Part shown: one piece after another, positions 28,728-40,100 of the stretch
Layout: the number at the start of each line of letters is the position of its first letter
Position numbering within the stretch: the stretch's first letter is position 1
Source: Acidobacteriota bacterium
GTDB taxonomy: Bacteria; Acidobacteriota; CAIWXX01
Length of the DNA stretch: 64,000 bases
NCBI GenBank assembly: GCA_040755995.1
Contig: JBFMAF010000037.1
Location: forward strand, 295,782 to 359,781
Reading direction: 5' to 3'
Translations under genes and position numbers: made by a program
The notes under the pieces: generated by a model
The model's input: the letters and a program-made list of their open reading frames with translations, nothing else
The model's database searches: none
Told to the model about the DNA's origin: nothing

Positions 28728-29899
28728 TGGCAGTCCCGATCATCTACAACCTTCGGAGCATCAAGGCCCGGTGGGCCACAGCCATCGTGGCGGTCGCCGG
28801 GATTGCCGGCGCGGTCAGCGTGTTTGTCGCCATGCTTGGTCTGGCGAAGGGCTTCCAGGCAACCTTGATCTCTTCCGGCTCGTCCGACAATGCCATCGTC
28901 CGGCAAGCGGGCTCGACCTCGGAGATGGTTAGCCTGATCATGCGCGACGAAGCGGACATCATCTCGACGGCACCTGGTGTCGCGCGGGATAGCGCCGGCA
29001 GGCCCATCGTCAGCGCCGAAGCGGTCGTGGTCATCTCGTTGCCGAGGCGCGACACGGGCACAGATGCCAACGTGCAGCTTCGGGGAGTATCGGAAGATGC
29101 AATGCAGCTGCGTGACTCGGCGAGGGTCGTGGCGGGCCGGTTCTTCCGGGCCGGCACGGCAGAGCTTGTCGTCGGCACGGGTGTCCAGCGGAGTATTCGC
29201 GGGCTGCAGATTGGCGATCGTCCGAAGATCGGCGGGCGTGAGTGGCAAGTAGTCGGCGTCTTTGACTCTGGCGGGAGCGCGTTCGACTCCGAGCTATGGG
29301 TCGACGTAGAGGTCGTGCTCCCAACCTTCAACAGGCCGCTTGGCGTGTACCAGTCCATGACTGTCCGGCTGACGTCGCCCGAGGTTTTTCAGAATTTCAA
29401 GGATGCACTCACTGCCGACCGGCGACAGAAGATGACTGTTGAGCGGGAGCTGGACTACTACGAGAAGCAATCACGCATGGTGGCGACCGTGATCCGCTCA
29501 TTGGGCTTCCTCGTCGCGTTCGTGATGGGCATCGGCGCCGTGTTCGGGGCGCTCAACACGATGTATTCTGCGGTGGCCGCCCGCGGAAGAGAGATAGCCA
29601 CGCTGCGGGCGCTCGGCTTCCGGTCGGGCAGCATCGTGGCGTCGTTCGTCTTCGAATCTTTAGTCATTGCATTCATCGGCGGCATGATCGGCTGCACAGG
29701 CTCCCTCGGCGTCAACGGCATGTCCGTTTCGACGATCAACTGGCAGACCTTCTCCCACCTCGCATTCGCGTTCCGAGTAACGCCGGCACTCCTGGCCGCC
29801 GGAATCGCATTCGCCTTGCTCATGGGTTTCCTCGGCGGACTCCCGCCCGCAATCCGTGCGACAAGGCTCTCAGTCGCCGCGGCCTTGCGCGAGCTGTGA
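28727..29899 (+). CDS. ABC transporter permease, FtsX/MacB-like
   Basis: GALNTMYSAV..R.REIATLRALGF, PAIRA.RL.V..ALR; TGATG coupling. Confidence 0.88.
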   Translation: MAVPIIYNLRSIKARWATAIVAVAGIAGAVSVFVAMLGLAKGFQATLISSGSSDNAIVRQAGSTSEMVSLIMRDEADIISTAPGVARDSAGRPIVSAEAVVVISLPRRDTGTDANVQLRGVSEDAMQLRDSARVVAGRFFRAGTAELVVGTGVQRSIRGLQIGDRPKIGGREWQVVGVFDSGGSAFDSELWVDVEVVLPTFNRPLGVYQSMTVRLTSPEVFQNFKDALTADRRQKMTVERELDYYEKQSRMVATVIRSLGFLVAFVMGIGAVFGALNTMYSAVAARGREIATLRALGFRSGSIVASFVFESLVIAFIGGMIGCTGSLGVNGMSVSTINWQTFSHLAFAFRVTPALLAAGIAFALLMGFLGGLPPAIRATRLSVAAALREL

Positions 29900-30411
29900 A
29901 ACGCCGTGACGCGGCATCGGCATTCGCAGGCCTGCAGGGTGGCTCTGGAACACGTAGGAAGTGCATATGAGCAGAAGTGTGTCCATGTCGGTGGTCATTG
30001 GACTTGTTCTGGCGCGTTCGGTGGGCAGGCTCTCAGCTCAGCAGAAAAAGCCTCGCCGCTCACGAAAAACGTACCAGTATGTTGTGCACAACATTTTGGT
30101 CCAGTTGTCGTGAGCGCCGAAGCCCCACGTTCACCATAGAAGAAAGGAGGCCAAGCAGGAGGAGATCAACCAATACCGAGTGACCGAGGAATCCAGGCGG
30201 GACTTCCCGCCCTGGAAAAGAAGCTATTGGGAGATCCTGAGCTCAGGGCTGCAGGCAAGAACCGTGTCCGACGGAGAAGTGCTGACAAAGCTGGCCTCCT
30301 TCTGCCGCAGACCCCTGCGCAGGATCAGTCGACGAAACCGGGAGTTTGGAGTAATTTCGATGACTTTTCGTCCGGTTTATCTTGCGCCAGCGCAACTACC
30401 TCCCTATAGAA

Positions 30412-30810
30412 TCACAGACCAAGGTGTTTTGCCGTTTTCGCAAAGGCTTCATGAGGATCTACAAAGGTCACAAAATCTCCCACATTTCTCAGTGTTCTTT
30501 TGGCTCCTACCGTATCCTCTTTGGGGACCAAAAGAAAAACAGGGACGTGATAAAGCTCACAAGCCTTCAGCAAATATTCGGGTGCCAACGCTATTCCCGA
30601 GACAGGCAGTATCTTATGCAGATATCCGATCACTAAGGAGAAGTTGTCTGCAGAGGTGATCAATGTCATGTTTTTTCCATGTTGATCGACTCCGTTGCTT
30701 AAAGGGTAAGTCTCAACTCCTTTGGAGGCCCAGCGGGTAAGGAGGAGAGGGTCCGTCCCTTCCAAGTAGCCTACAACTTTCCGCTTGGGTTTCGATGCTT
30801 TCTTTTTCAT
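30412..30810 (-). CDS. Hypothetical protein (132 aa) in an AT-richer patch
   Basis: Strong RBS AGGAGGT, clean protein-like ORF with motifs GYLEGTDP, PLSNG.D.HG, GYLHK. Confidence 0.7.
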   Translation of the reverse strand: MKKKASKPKRKVVGYLEGTDPLLLTRWASKGVETYPLSNGVDQHGKNMTLITSADNFSLVIGYLHKILPVSGIALAPEYLLKACELYHVPVFLLVPKEDTVGAKRTLRNVGDFVTFVDPHEAFAKTAKHLGL

Positions 30811-30898
30811 TTGATAACCTCCTGATTGAATTCCTTATGCGGCTACTCTATCACACCTTATGATTTTTCTCATCTTCTCTACCTTCCTGAATCCTCGC

Positions 30899-30994
30899 GG
30901 GCAGGGCGCGGGAGCGTTCAGAAGTACGGACCGTGGGGCAAGCTGGAAGACGGTGAATCGCGGTCTGGGCTGGAACTCTGTCTCCGTTGTCGTA
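30899..30994 (+). pseudogene. BNR/Asp-box repeat fragment
   Basis: GAFRSTDRGASWKTVNRGL matches S-x-D-x-G-x-x-W; isolated, no full gene. Confidence 0.5.
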
Positions 30995-31311
30995 CCGCAA
31001 GGCGGGTTCGACTTCGAAGATGGTCGTGCGGGGAGACCCGCCCTCCACGCTCAGCGTGGTGGAGATCGATCCACTCAGCCAGAGCCGTAGATCGCCCTTC
31101 AAGGCGAGACGCCGGGCAACACTGGTCTCCTCGCGGGCGTCGAACCCCTGCTGGACGAGGAGATGGGGATCTCTCCCTGGTGCCAGGTGATGGGAGCTTG
31201 GGGCGTGACTCTTCGGACACAGCGGCATCTCGCGGAGAAGAGGCGGGTAACTTCCCACTTTGACATCACCCCGAGTCTGGCATTATTCTGAGCGGTAGGG
31301 AGGCGCTCTCG

Positions 31312-31443
31312 ATGATGGAGAGGAGCCGCTCGCGCCACGAGGTCCTCGAAGAAGTCAGCCGCATCGGAAGGGGAGATCATGACACGATGCGGTCCGAAGG
31401 ACGGTTCGAGGACTTGCAGCAACAGATGAATCCGAAAGGCTAG
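31312..31443 (+). pseudogene. C-terminal relic of a kinase-TPR paralogue
   Basis: Ends [17 protein letters not shown], resembling DSLRSEPRFDDLLRRFN at the end of the next gene. Confidence 0.45.
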
Positions 31444-31450
31444 GAGAACG

Positions 31451-33119
31451 ATGTCTCTCACGCCGGGCACGCGGCTCGGTTCTTATGAGATCCTCGCTGC
31501 TGTCGGTGCGGGAGGCATGGGCGAGGTCTATCGTGCCCTCGATCACAAGCTGAGGCGCGAAGTTGCGGTAAAAGTGCTTCCCGAGCATCTCTCCGATTCT
31601 GGACGCTGTGGTCCGGCGCTGTCTGGAGAAAAACGCGGGGGAGCGCTTTCAGTCTGCACGCGACCTCGGATTTGCTCTTCAGTCGATTGTTGCTGAGAAA
31701 AGGGATTCCGGCGCCACTCGATCCGTGCGTGTTTCAGAGGAGCCGGAAAAACCGTCCATCGCCGTCCTCCCCTTCGCCAACATGAGCCCCGATCCTGAAC
31801 AGGAGTACTTCTGCGAGGGTATGGCCGAAGAGATCATAAATGCGCTGAGCAAGATCCAGGGGCTTCGGGTCGCCGCCAGGATGTCGGCGTTTCAGTTCAA
31901 GGGGAGATTGCAGGACGCTCGCCAGGTCGGAAATGCACTGAATGTGAAGATGCTCTTGGAGGGCGGCGTACGAACCGCCGGAAATCGTCTGCGCGTTACA
32001 GCCCAGCTCATCAACGTCGAGGACGGATGCCACCTCTGGTCGGAACGATATGACCGTCAACTGGAAGACGTCTTTGCTATCCAGGATGAGATTGCATCCA
32101 ACATCGTCGGTGCTCTCAGGCTGAAGCTCGGCCAACAGGAGCTGCCTCGGGTCAAGAGGGCCACGGACAACTTGGAGGCATATCATCTGTACCTCAAAAG
32201 AAGGCATTTCTGGCATCACCGGCAGCCGGTGATGCAGCGCAGAGCGCTCCAAGCCTACCAACAGGCCAAAGAAGAAGACCCTTCCTATGCTCTCGCTCAT
32301 GCGGGGATTGCCTGGATCCAGATCATCATGGCAATCTACGGCCTCCTTCCTCCCGACCGGGCCCGCACCGCAGCCAAGAGCGCCGCCGAACGAGCCGTGA
32401 GCCTGGATGAGGGATGCGCGGACGTTCTGATAGGAGCTTGGGGCGTTGGATTGTTCTTTGATCGGGATTGGGATGCTGAGCGTGTCCTTCAACGCGCTAT
32501 CGAGCTGGAGCCCAATCATGTCGAAGCCCGCTGCTTCCACAGCCTTCACCTGTGGTTCATGGGAAGGCATGAAGAAGCCTTGAACGAAGTGAGGCGGGCT
32601 CAGGACTCGGATCCGCTGTCGACGTACGCGAACACCCTCGCCGGATGGGCGCTTCTCGCGAGCGGACACAATGAAGAAGCCGTACTGGAGCTCCAAAAGG
32701 CCCTGGACATCGACCCGGATTATGTTCTCGCCCTTACTCTCCTGGCAGGAGCGCATGCGCGCAATTCCCAATACGAACAGGCGATCTCTGTTCTTGAAAG
32801 AGTGATCTCGATGACCGGGCGCTCGCCTTTCTACGTTGGTTGGCTGGGCTGGGCCTATGGCAGAGCAGGGAGAACGGACCAGGCACGGGCCGCGCTCAGC
32901 GAGTTGAGGCAGAGAAGCGAGAGAGAATACGTCTCGCCGCTTTACATTTCGTGGGTGCTCAGCGAACTCAAAGAAGAGGGCGACGCCCTTGAATGGCTGG
33001 AGAAAGCACTGGAAGCAAGGGATCCGTACCTGTTCTTCTGGAGGACTCCCGTGTTCGACAGCCTGAGATCGGAGCCGCGGTTCGATGATCTTCTGAGACG
33101 ATTCAATCTCACCCGCTAG
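31451..33119 (+). pseudogene. Ser/Thr kinase-TolB_N-TPR gene with most of the kinase domain deleted (frameshifted junction near 31600); TolB_N-TPR part intact
   Basis: [14 protein letters not shown]...[16 protein letters not shown] jumps to [17 protein letters not shown]; then SIAVLPFAN.S...EYF.EG.AEE and TPRs. Confidence 0.8.
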
Positions 33120-33324
33120 CAGGGTGGGGCCTCAGACCGATGAATCATGCAAGGCCGCTCTGGCCCCGCCTCCCGTAAAGAGCAGAGAGTGGAGACTAGA
33201 GAGTGGCGGTGACGCACCGCTCCAAAAACTTGACTCAATCGCAGCATCGTTTTCGCCTCAAGCCCCCCGGCGACCCGCGGCCCCGAACCGATGAACCATT
33301 CGACGCTGTGCAGGCCGAGCCTCG

Positions 33325-34926
33325 CTAATAGATGCCGTATCTGATGAGTTTTCGGTAAAGCGTACGCCGCGGCATCCTCAGGATCTCGGCCGCCTTGCTC
33401 TTGTTGCCGTGAGCTGCTTCGAGAGCCTTCAAGATAGCGGCCTTCTCGGGGTCTGCCGGCTCGACTTCGGTTGCAGCGCCGCTCGCCGCGCCGAGGTGCT
33501 GCGGCTCGTACTCGGACTCGAGGATGAACACGCGACGGAGCTCGTTCTCCAGTTCCCTGACATTGCCCGGCCAGTCGTGTTCCAGGAGCCGTTTGAGGAT
33601 CTCACCGCCGGGCGGGCGCAGCGGGCGCTGCAGCTCATCGGAGATCCGATGCGTGAAGTAGTCAATGAGCAGCAGCAGATCCTCGGGGCGGTCCTTCAAT
33701 GGAGGCATCTGAATGCAGATGACATTCAGCCGATAGAACAGGTCCTCGCGGAAATCCCCGCGCTGGATCAGGCTCCGCAGGCCTCGATTGGTGGCCGAGA
33801 TGATCCGCACATCCACCTTCTGAGCCTCCAAGCCTCCCACCGGTCGCACTTCTCCGTCCTGAAGCGCCCGCAGCAGCTTCTTCTGCATCTCCGGGCTCAT
33901 GTCTCCCACTTCGTCCAGGAAGAGCGTGCCGCCGTTCGCGACTTGGAACAGTCCCATCCTGTCCTGCGTCGCCCCGGTGAACGCTCCTTTGCGGTGTCCG
34001 AAGAGCTCGCTCTCGAGCAGGGTCTCGCTGAAGGCGGAGCAGTTAACGGTCACCAGGGGCTTCTCGGCCCGCGGGCCGTTGTAGTGGAGGTACTTCGCGA
34101 CCAGCTCTTTCCCCGTCCCGCTCTCTCCCTCGATCAGCACGGTGGCATGGGTCCCGACGACTTTCTCGAGTGTCTTGAACACCTTGAGCATCGAGGCCGA
34201 CCTGCCGACGATGTTCCCAAGCCCATAGGTCTTGCCGAGCTCGCGCTGCGTCTCTGAGAGCAGCAGCCGCATCTCATCGAGGTTGCTCGCCTGTGCCTCC
34301 ACTCGCTTCTGGAGGACCTGATTGAGCGCTGCTATTTCGCCCCTCTGCCGCTCTACTTCCTCGAAGAGCATCGCATTGGCGATTGAGATAGCAACGAAGC
34401 TCGCGATCGTCTGCATCAGCTGCAGGTGCTCGCGAGTCAGCGGGCTGCTCGACGCGCTGGAATCCAGATAGAGAATGCCGACCATCTTGAGATCCTGCTC
34501 CACCTGGGCAAGAAGAGGAATGCAGAGCGCCGACTTCAGGTTCCATCGCATCACGCTTTCGGACGCGGCCAGGTCGGCATGTTGCGCGACATCTTCGATG
34601 TACAGGGATTGCCGCTCCTTCACGACCTTTCGAATGATCGATGTTGAGCCCTCAAAGTCCCCTTCGTGGACAACACGCCTCGACGAATCCAGCGCTGTCT
34701 TGAGCGAGAGCTCTCCGCTACTGTCGACGACCAGCAGGAAAGCACGGCCGGCGTTGGTCAGCCGCAGGCTCACATCCAGGACCGCGGGCATGAGACGCTC
34801 GAGCTTGAGCTCTGAGCTCAATGCCGAGAGGCTCCCGACCAAATCCAACGTGCTCAACCTCGTGTCCCCAATCTCCCGCGGTTCCGAGACTGTGCCAAAT
34901 GGCTCAACGCTGTGCCACGTGCGCAC
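33325..34926 (-). CDS. Sigma54-dependent enhancer-binding protein (GAF-AAA+-Fis HTH); start may be TTG 34857
   Basis: GAF ([14 protein letters not shown]), [56 protein letters not shown]...RRTLYRKL. Confidence 0.95.
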   Translation of the reverse strand: MRTWHSVEPFGTVSEPREIGDTRLSTLDLVGSLSALSSELKLERLMPAVLDVSLRLTNAGRAFLLVVDSSGELSLKTALDSSRRVVHEGDFEGSTSIIRKVVKERQSLYIEDVAQHADLAASESVMRWNLKSALCIPLLAQVEQDLKMVGILYLDSSASSSPLTREHLQLMQTIASFVAISIANAMLFEEVERQRGEIAALNQVLQKRVEAQASNLDEMRLLLSETQRELGKTYGLGNIVGRSASMLKVFKTLEKVVGTHATVLIEGESGTGKELVAKYLHYNGPRAEKPLVTVNCSAFSETLLESELFGHRKGAFTGATQDRMGLFQVANGGTLFLDEVGDMSPEMQKKLLRALQDGEVRPVGGLEAQKVDVRIISATNRGLRSLIQRGDFREDLFYRLNVICIQMPPLKDRPEDLLLLIDYFTHRISDELQRPLRPPGGEILKRLLEHDWPGNVRELENELRRVFILESEYEPQHLGAASGAATEVEPADPEKAAILKALEAAHGNKSKAAEILRMPRRTLYRKLIRYGIY

Positions 34927-34927
34927 A
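34891..34927. promoter_or_regulatory. Putative enhancer (UAS) for the sigma54 activator
   Basis: TGTGCCAAATGGCTCA and TGTGCCACGTGCGCACA, 20 bp apart; same motif at 40611. Confidence 0.65.
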
Positions 34928-35002
34928 GTTCTCCGGATGTTCTTTCCGCGCTGCCCGACGCAAGTCTATCAGAAAGCGTCGTCCTCCGGAGCGGCTATCT
35001 GT

Positions 35003-35018
35003 TGGCACGAACCTCGCA
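35003..35018 (+). promoter_or_regulatory. Sigma54 -24/-12 promoter
   Basis: TGGCAC-GAACC-TCGCA. Confidence 0.7.
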
Positions 35019-35099
35019 TCACCGATCCTGTGGCTGGCGGAGAATGGATGGTCGTCAAACGAGAGACGGATACGGCCGGGATGCAACTGGAGGATCTGC

Positions 35100-35381
35100 A
35101 TGAAGAAGATCACTGGACCCAACGATGTGAACCAGGTCCCATCGTACGCTTCTGAGAAGGCACCCCCTGAGAGCCCGCAGAAGGTGGCTGGCGGATACTA
35201 CTCATCTGGCAGCACCGGGGTCCAGCGCGCTGGGGACGTGACGGGGGGCTCGCCCAACGACCTGCCTGTCGATGATCTGGTGCATGTCCTCAAAGACCTC
35301 GGCCTCGGACTTCTCTCTCGCGACCTGGTCCGCAATCCGGATCCTCCGCTGCCAAAGGATCTGAAACGGAATCCGGGATGA
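35100..35381 (+). CDS. Small hypothetical protein (93 aa)
   Basis: RBS GGAGGA, first ORF after the sigma54 promoter, Pro/Gly/Ser-rich N-terminal half. Confidence 0.6.
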   Translation: MKKITGPNDVNQVPSYASEKAPPESPQKVAGGYYSSGSTGVQRAGDVTGGSPNDLPVDDLVHVLKDLGLGLLSRDLVRNPDPPLPKDLKRNPG

Positions 35382-35446
35382 GATTGACGCCGCGCCCCTG
35401 GTCGGATGACCCGGCGCGTGCCTTGTTGCCAATGGAGGGCACACCG

Positions 35447-36985
35447 ATGATGAACCAACAGAGTGGTCTCATTGTCTGCAGAAGCGGCGCGGCCAGTCGG
35501 CGTGGCCCGGCCGCCCAGTGGTACCGCGCGCTCGTCCTTGCGCTCCTAGTGCTTCCGGCCGCGCACCAGCCCGCGCGATCCGACGACTGGGTTCGGGTTG
35601 CGACAGGTGGGCTCGGGGACCCGGCGCGCAGGGAACCCGACGCTCTTGCGGTCGTTGCCGGGGCCGCATACCTCGCCACACATGATGCTGCGCGGAACTA
35701 TGTTTTCCGCGCCGAGCTACGCAATGATACAGTCTGGCTGGACGTAAGTCCGCCCTGGCGCACCGCCGACGGGAAGACGGCGGCCATGGTCTCCTTGGAC
35801 CAGGAGCTGTGGTTGAGCACGTCCGGAGGCGAGCTTTGGCGGCGCGACCGCACTGGGCGCTGGAACCATATGACTCCTAGCTGGGCAAGTGGGAAGTCCA
35901 TCTTCGCGCTGACGACGTGGACTCCTCCTGGGGAGTCGGCGGCCAGACTCGTCGCGGTCCGTGAAGGTGTCGAACTGTGGTGGCGGCGTGCGGATGGAAC
36001 ATGGGTGCAGCAGGGGTTGCCGGATGGTCTCCGGAACAAGCCCGGCATTGTCAATGGAGCCCTGCAATCGTTCGGATCTCGTCTCTACCTAGGCGTAGGG
36101 AGCTCGGCCAGCACCAGCGTCCAGGTATGGCGACTCCCAGGCTGGCCTCCACGCTGGGACGCCGTAACAACAGCTGGGTTCGGAAGGGAGGAGCTTACCT
36201 GGGTGAACGACATGATTCCCGTCGGTGATCGGCTCTACATAGGGACCGGCGGTCATGGCGACAGCACGGCCGGGGTTTTCCGTACGCAGGACACCGTTTT
36301 CGAGGATGTGACTCCATGTGATCTCTTCGGAGGCTGTGAGGGAGTAGCCTCCCGCGCGCCCGTGCGCTTCGGATGCCTTGAGTACTGGGCCGGCAAGCTC
36401 TTCGTCGGGACTCGATCCCGCAATGCCCCTGAGGGGTTCTATCGGACCGCCGACGTGATCGTAAGCGGGCTGGATGGTGGTTGGGCCTTCTCCAACACGG
36501 AAGGCTTTGGCGTGGATGGAAACGACACGACAACGGGACTCGCCGCCGGTGGGTCCTCAGTCTACGCATGCACTTTCAATTCACTGACCGGCTTTGAAGT
36601 CTGGCGCCGCAACGCACTGATCGTCGAGATGCTGCCTTATCTCGCGGGGCTGCGCGATTCGTTGTTGCACCAAAGGACGGCCTGGCTCCGATGCGTGGTG
36701 AGACCAAACTGCCGGAGATGGGAAACAGTGTTTGGTCCGATGGAAGCACTCAGCCTTACCTTCGATACTGCTCGCAACCAGCAGGACGACCAGCAGACGA
36801 TCATGTGGGCACGGCAGTCTTTGACTGGCGCGGTGACGCTCTTGAAGGATGCGAAGAAACTCGCCGATCGCGCCGACAAGATGAAGAACCGAAAGAAAGC
36901 AGCTCTCCTTCGCAATCAAGCCGCTGAGAAAGTGAAGGCGGCCATCGACACGGCCGTGGAGGTCTGCCGGAAGATCGGAGCTTGA
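35447..36985 (+). CDS. Secreted beta-propeller-like protein with a C-terminal helical region (alternative start 35378)
   Basis: Signal peptide-like ALVLALLVLPAA; repeated W..V...GFG / ...LYxGT / xxVWR blades. Confidence 0.7.
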   Translation: MMNQQSGLIVCRSGAASRRGPAAQWYRALVLALLVLPAAHQPARSDDWVRVATGGLGDPARREPDALAVVAGAAYLATHDAARNYVFRAELRNDTVWLDVSPPWRTADGKTAAMVSLDQELWLSTSGGELWRRDRTGRWNHMTPSWASGKSIFALTTWTPPGESAARLVAVREGVELWWRRADGTWVQQGLPDGLRNKPGIVNGALQSFGSRLYLGVGSSASTSVQVWRLPGWPPRWDAVTTAGFGREELTWVNDMIPVGDRLYIGTGGHGDSTAGVFRTQDTVFEDVTPCDLFGGCEGVASRAPVRFGCLEYWAGKLFVGTRSRNAPEGFYRTADVIVSGLDGGWAFSNTEGFGVDGNDTTTGLAAGGSSVYACTFNSLTGFEVWRRNALIVEMLPYLAGLRDSLLHQRTAWLRCVVRPNCRRWETVFGPMEALSLTFDTARNQQDDQQTIMWARQSLTGAVTLLKDAKKLADRADKMKNRKKAALLRNQAAEKVKAAIDTAVEVCRKIGA

Positions 36986-37194
36986 GCGCGGAATCACCGA
37001 TCGACACAATCTCCACCAGGACTATACATCTCCCTTCCGAATTCCGACCGGGGCTCACGCCCCGGTTGCGCCGTCTCGCTTCTCGAGCACGTCAGAGCCG
37101 ATTCTGCGACTGCCAGCAGCGCGCCCTGCCCCGATCACCGCCGCTTTGAGGTAGAATAGCCACGGGCAGATAATCGAAGACGGAGGCTGTTCCG

Positions 37195-40100
37195 TTGGAC
37201 CGTGCGGACGAGCGACCGGAGAAGAGCGCGCCTTCAGTGAGCCCTGCTACGAATGATGTCGTGGAGAAGGGGCGGCTGAGACTTCTTTCTCTCGGGCCGG
37301 AGGATGACTTGCGCGCCTCAGGCAAAGAAGCCGGCGGTGCAGAGCCCAGCGAACCGGAAGCAGACTCCGATCGCCGGCCTGCCCGCTACCGGATCGGGGA
37401 GTTGCTTGGCGAAGGAGCAATGGGACGGGTCTATAAGGCGCATGATATCGAGCTGAACCGCATGGTCGCGATCAAGTTCCTGCGGATCGAAAGTGCCGAG
37501 ACCTTTGGGAAATTGCGCAAAGAAGCCCAGGCGCAAGCTCGAGTCGATCATCCCAACATCTGCAAGGTCTACGATGTCGCGGAGATCGATGGCAAGCCGT
37601 ACATCGCCATGCAGTACATCGACGGGAAGAGCCTCGATGTCGTGGCACAGGGGATGCTGCTCGAGGAAAAGGTGAGAGTCCTGAGGGATGTTGTCGAGGC
37701 CGCTCACGCGGCCCACCGGACCGGCCTCATTCATCGTGACTTGAAGCCTGGCAACATCCTGGTTGAAGGATCCTCGCAGGAGGGCCGGGTACCTTACGTC
37801 ACTGACTTCGGCCTGGCTCGCGATCCCGAAGCCGCCGACCTCACGAGAACGGGCATGCTCGTAGGAACGCCAGCATACATGGCGCCGGAGCAGGTACGTG
37901 GCGAAGTCCGGAGTCTGGACCGCCGAACGGACGTGTACGGACTGGGCGCGACACTCTACGAACTTCTGACCGGAAGCCAGCCCTTCGATGCCACGAGCAG
38001 CATTGGTGCGATGATGCGGGTCCTTCATGACGATCCTGATCCTCCGCGGAAGAAGAACCCCCGAATTCCCACCGATCTCGAGAACATCGTCCTCAAGTGC
38101 CTAGCCAAGGAGCCGAGCGGCCGCTACGAGTCAGCGCGTGCTCTCGCCGAGGACTTGAACCGATTTCTCGACGGCGAACCCGTCCTGGCCAAACCTGTGG
38201 GTCCGCTGGGCAGGTTTGTCCGCAAGCTGCGTCGACACAAGGCGGTGGCCGCAGTGCTTTCGACCGCGATTCTGGCAGCGCTGGTCTCCGGTATTCTCGG
38301 CCTCTATTCCCGGCAGACCGCCCTGAGTCGCGCAGCCTTCGCGCAGCAGTTCGGGCAGGAAGTCGAGAAAACCGAGTCCGTGCTGCGACTCGCCTACATG
38401 CTCCCTCTGCACAGTGCCGTGCCGGAACGGAAGATGGTCCGGGACCGGATGGCTCGCATCGAAGCGAAGATGACAACGGCCGGGCGTGCAGCTGAAGGGC
38501 CCGGCCACTACGCCATCGGTCGTGGATACCTGGCGCTCCACGACTACGACCAGGCCCGGAGACATCTGGAGACGGCGTGGACCAGCGAGTATCGAACCCC
38601 CGAAACGGCGTATGCACTTGGTTTGGTCATGGGTGCCTTGTACCAGCGAGAGCTGAAGAAGACCGAGCGGATCGAGGATCAACAGCGGCGGGAGGTGCGC
38701 AGGAAGGAACTTCAGAAGATGTACGGCGCTCCCGCCCTCAACTATCTGAAGCAGAGTCGGGGAACAGAAGCTGAGACCCCCTATTATGTCGAGGGACTGA
38801 TTGCATTCTACGAAGGGCGGCATCCGGAGGCTCACGGGCTGGCCGAGAAAGCATCGAGCCGCGTTCCATGGATGTACGAAGCGAAGTTTCTACAGGGAGA
38901 AATCCTCGCCGCGCAGGCGTTCGAGCAGCGCCGGAAGGGAGACTACAAGGGGGCGCTCCTCGATCTTGCTTCCGCGGAAAACGCGATCATGGCTGGAATA
39001 AGGATCGGCCAGAGCGATCCGCGGGGGTACGGCGCTCTCTGCGATCTCAGAGTCGAAATCGTCGCGACGGTGCACGGTGGTGGTGGTGGTGAGATCCGTA
39101 CGATCGTCGACAAGGCTCTCAATGCAGCTGACGAGGCACTGATCGCTGATCCGACCATGGCCGCGGCTCAACGAGCGAAGACGCGCGCGTACACGCTGTG
39201 GATTGACTACCAACTGGGACACGGAATCGACGCCTCAGATAGTTCCGCGCTCGCCGAGGGGGCTGCCAAACGCGCCATCGCACTGAATCCACAGGAAGCC
39301 GATGCATACTTGGAACTGGGAGAGGTCTACTACCAACAATCCGTGAGCGCGTGGAATCACGGGCAGGATCCGGATTCGTTCATCGACGCTTCAATCAAGG
39401 CCACGTCACAAGCAGTCAAGCTGCAGCCGGGCACGGCTGAGATGTTCTCGCGCCTCGGCTGGACATGGACCAACAAGGGTTACTATCAGATGGAAAGAGG
39501 ACAGGATCCTCGGGAGTCTTTCCGGCAGGCGATCCACTGCCTGGAGGGAGCGGTCAGCCTTGATCCGCGCGTTCACTCGCACGCGGACAACCTGGGAATA
39601 GCCTACCGCGTGCTAGGCAAGTACGAAATGCAGCACGGGCTTGATCCCGATTCTTCCTTTCGACACGCCGTCGACGCATTCGGAAAGGCTATCGAGATCA
39701 ACCCCGCCAACGTGTCTGTCTATAGCAACCTCGGAAACGTATTCCTGAACAGGGCAGCCTATCAATCCGAAATAGGAGTCGATGTCCGTCCGACACTCGA
39801 CTCGGCTATCCGTAACTATTCCAAGGCCATCCAATTGAACCCAAGCATCACGCCGCCTCACCACAATAGCGGGAGCGCTTACGTGCAGTTGGCGGAGTAC
39901 GGCCTTCAGACAGGTCAAGACCCGCGGAAGGGGCTGGAACTGGCCAGGATGCACGTGCGCAATAGCCTGCTCATCTCCGCGTATTCGGCAACACTCGTCC
40001 TCATGGGCCGCACATACGTGGCAGATGCCGCATACGAGCTGAAGCACCGGCTTCCGTTCAATGCAGCAGCCCGCGGCAGGAAGTGGCTTCAAGAAGCACT

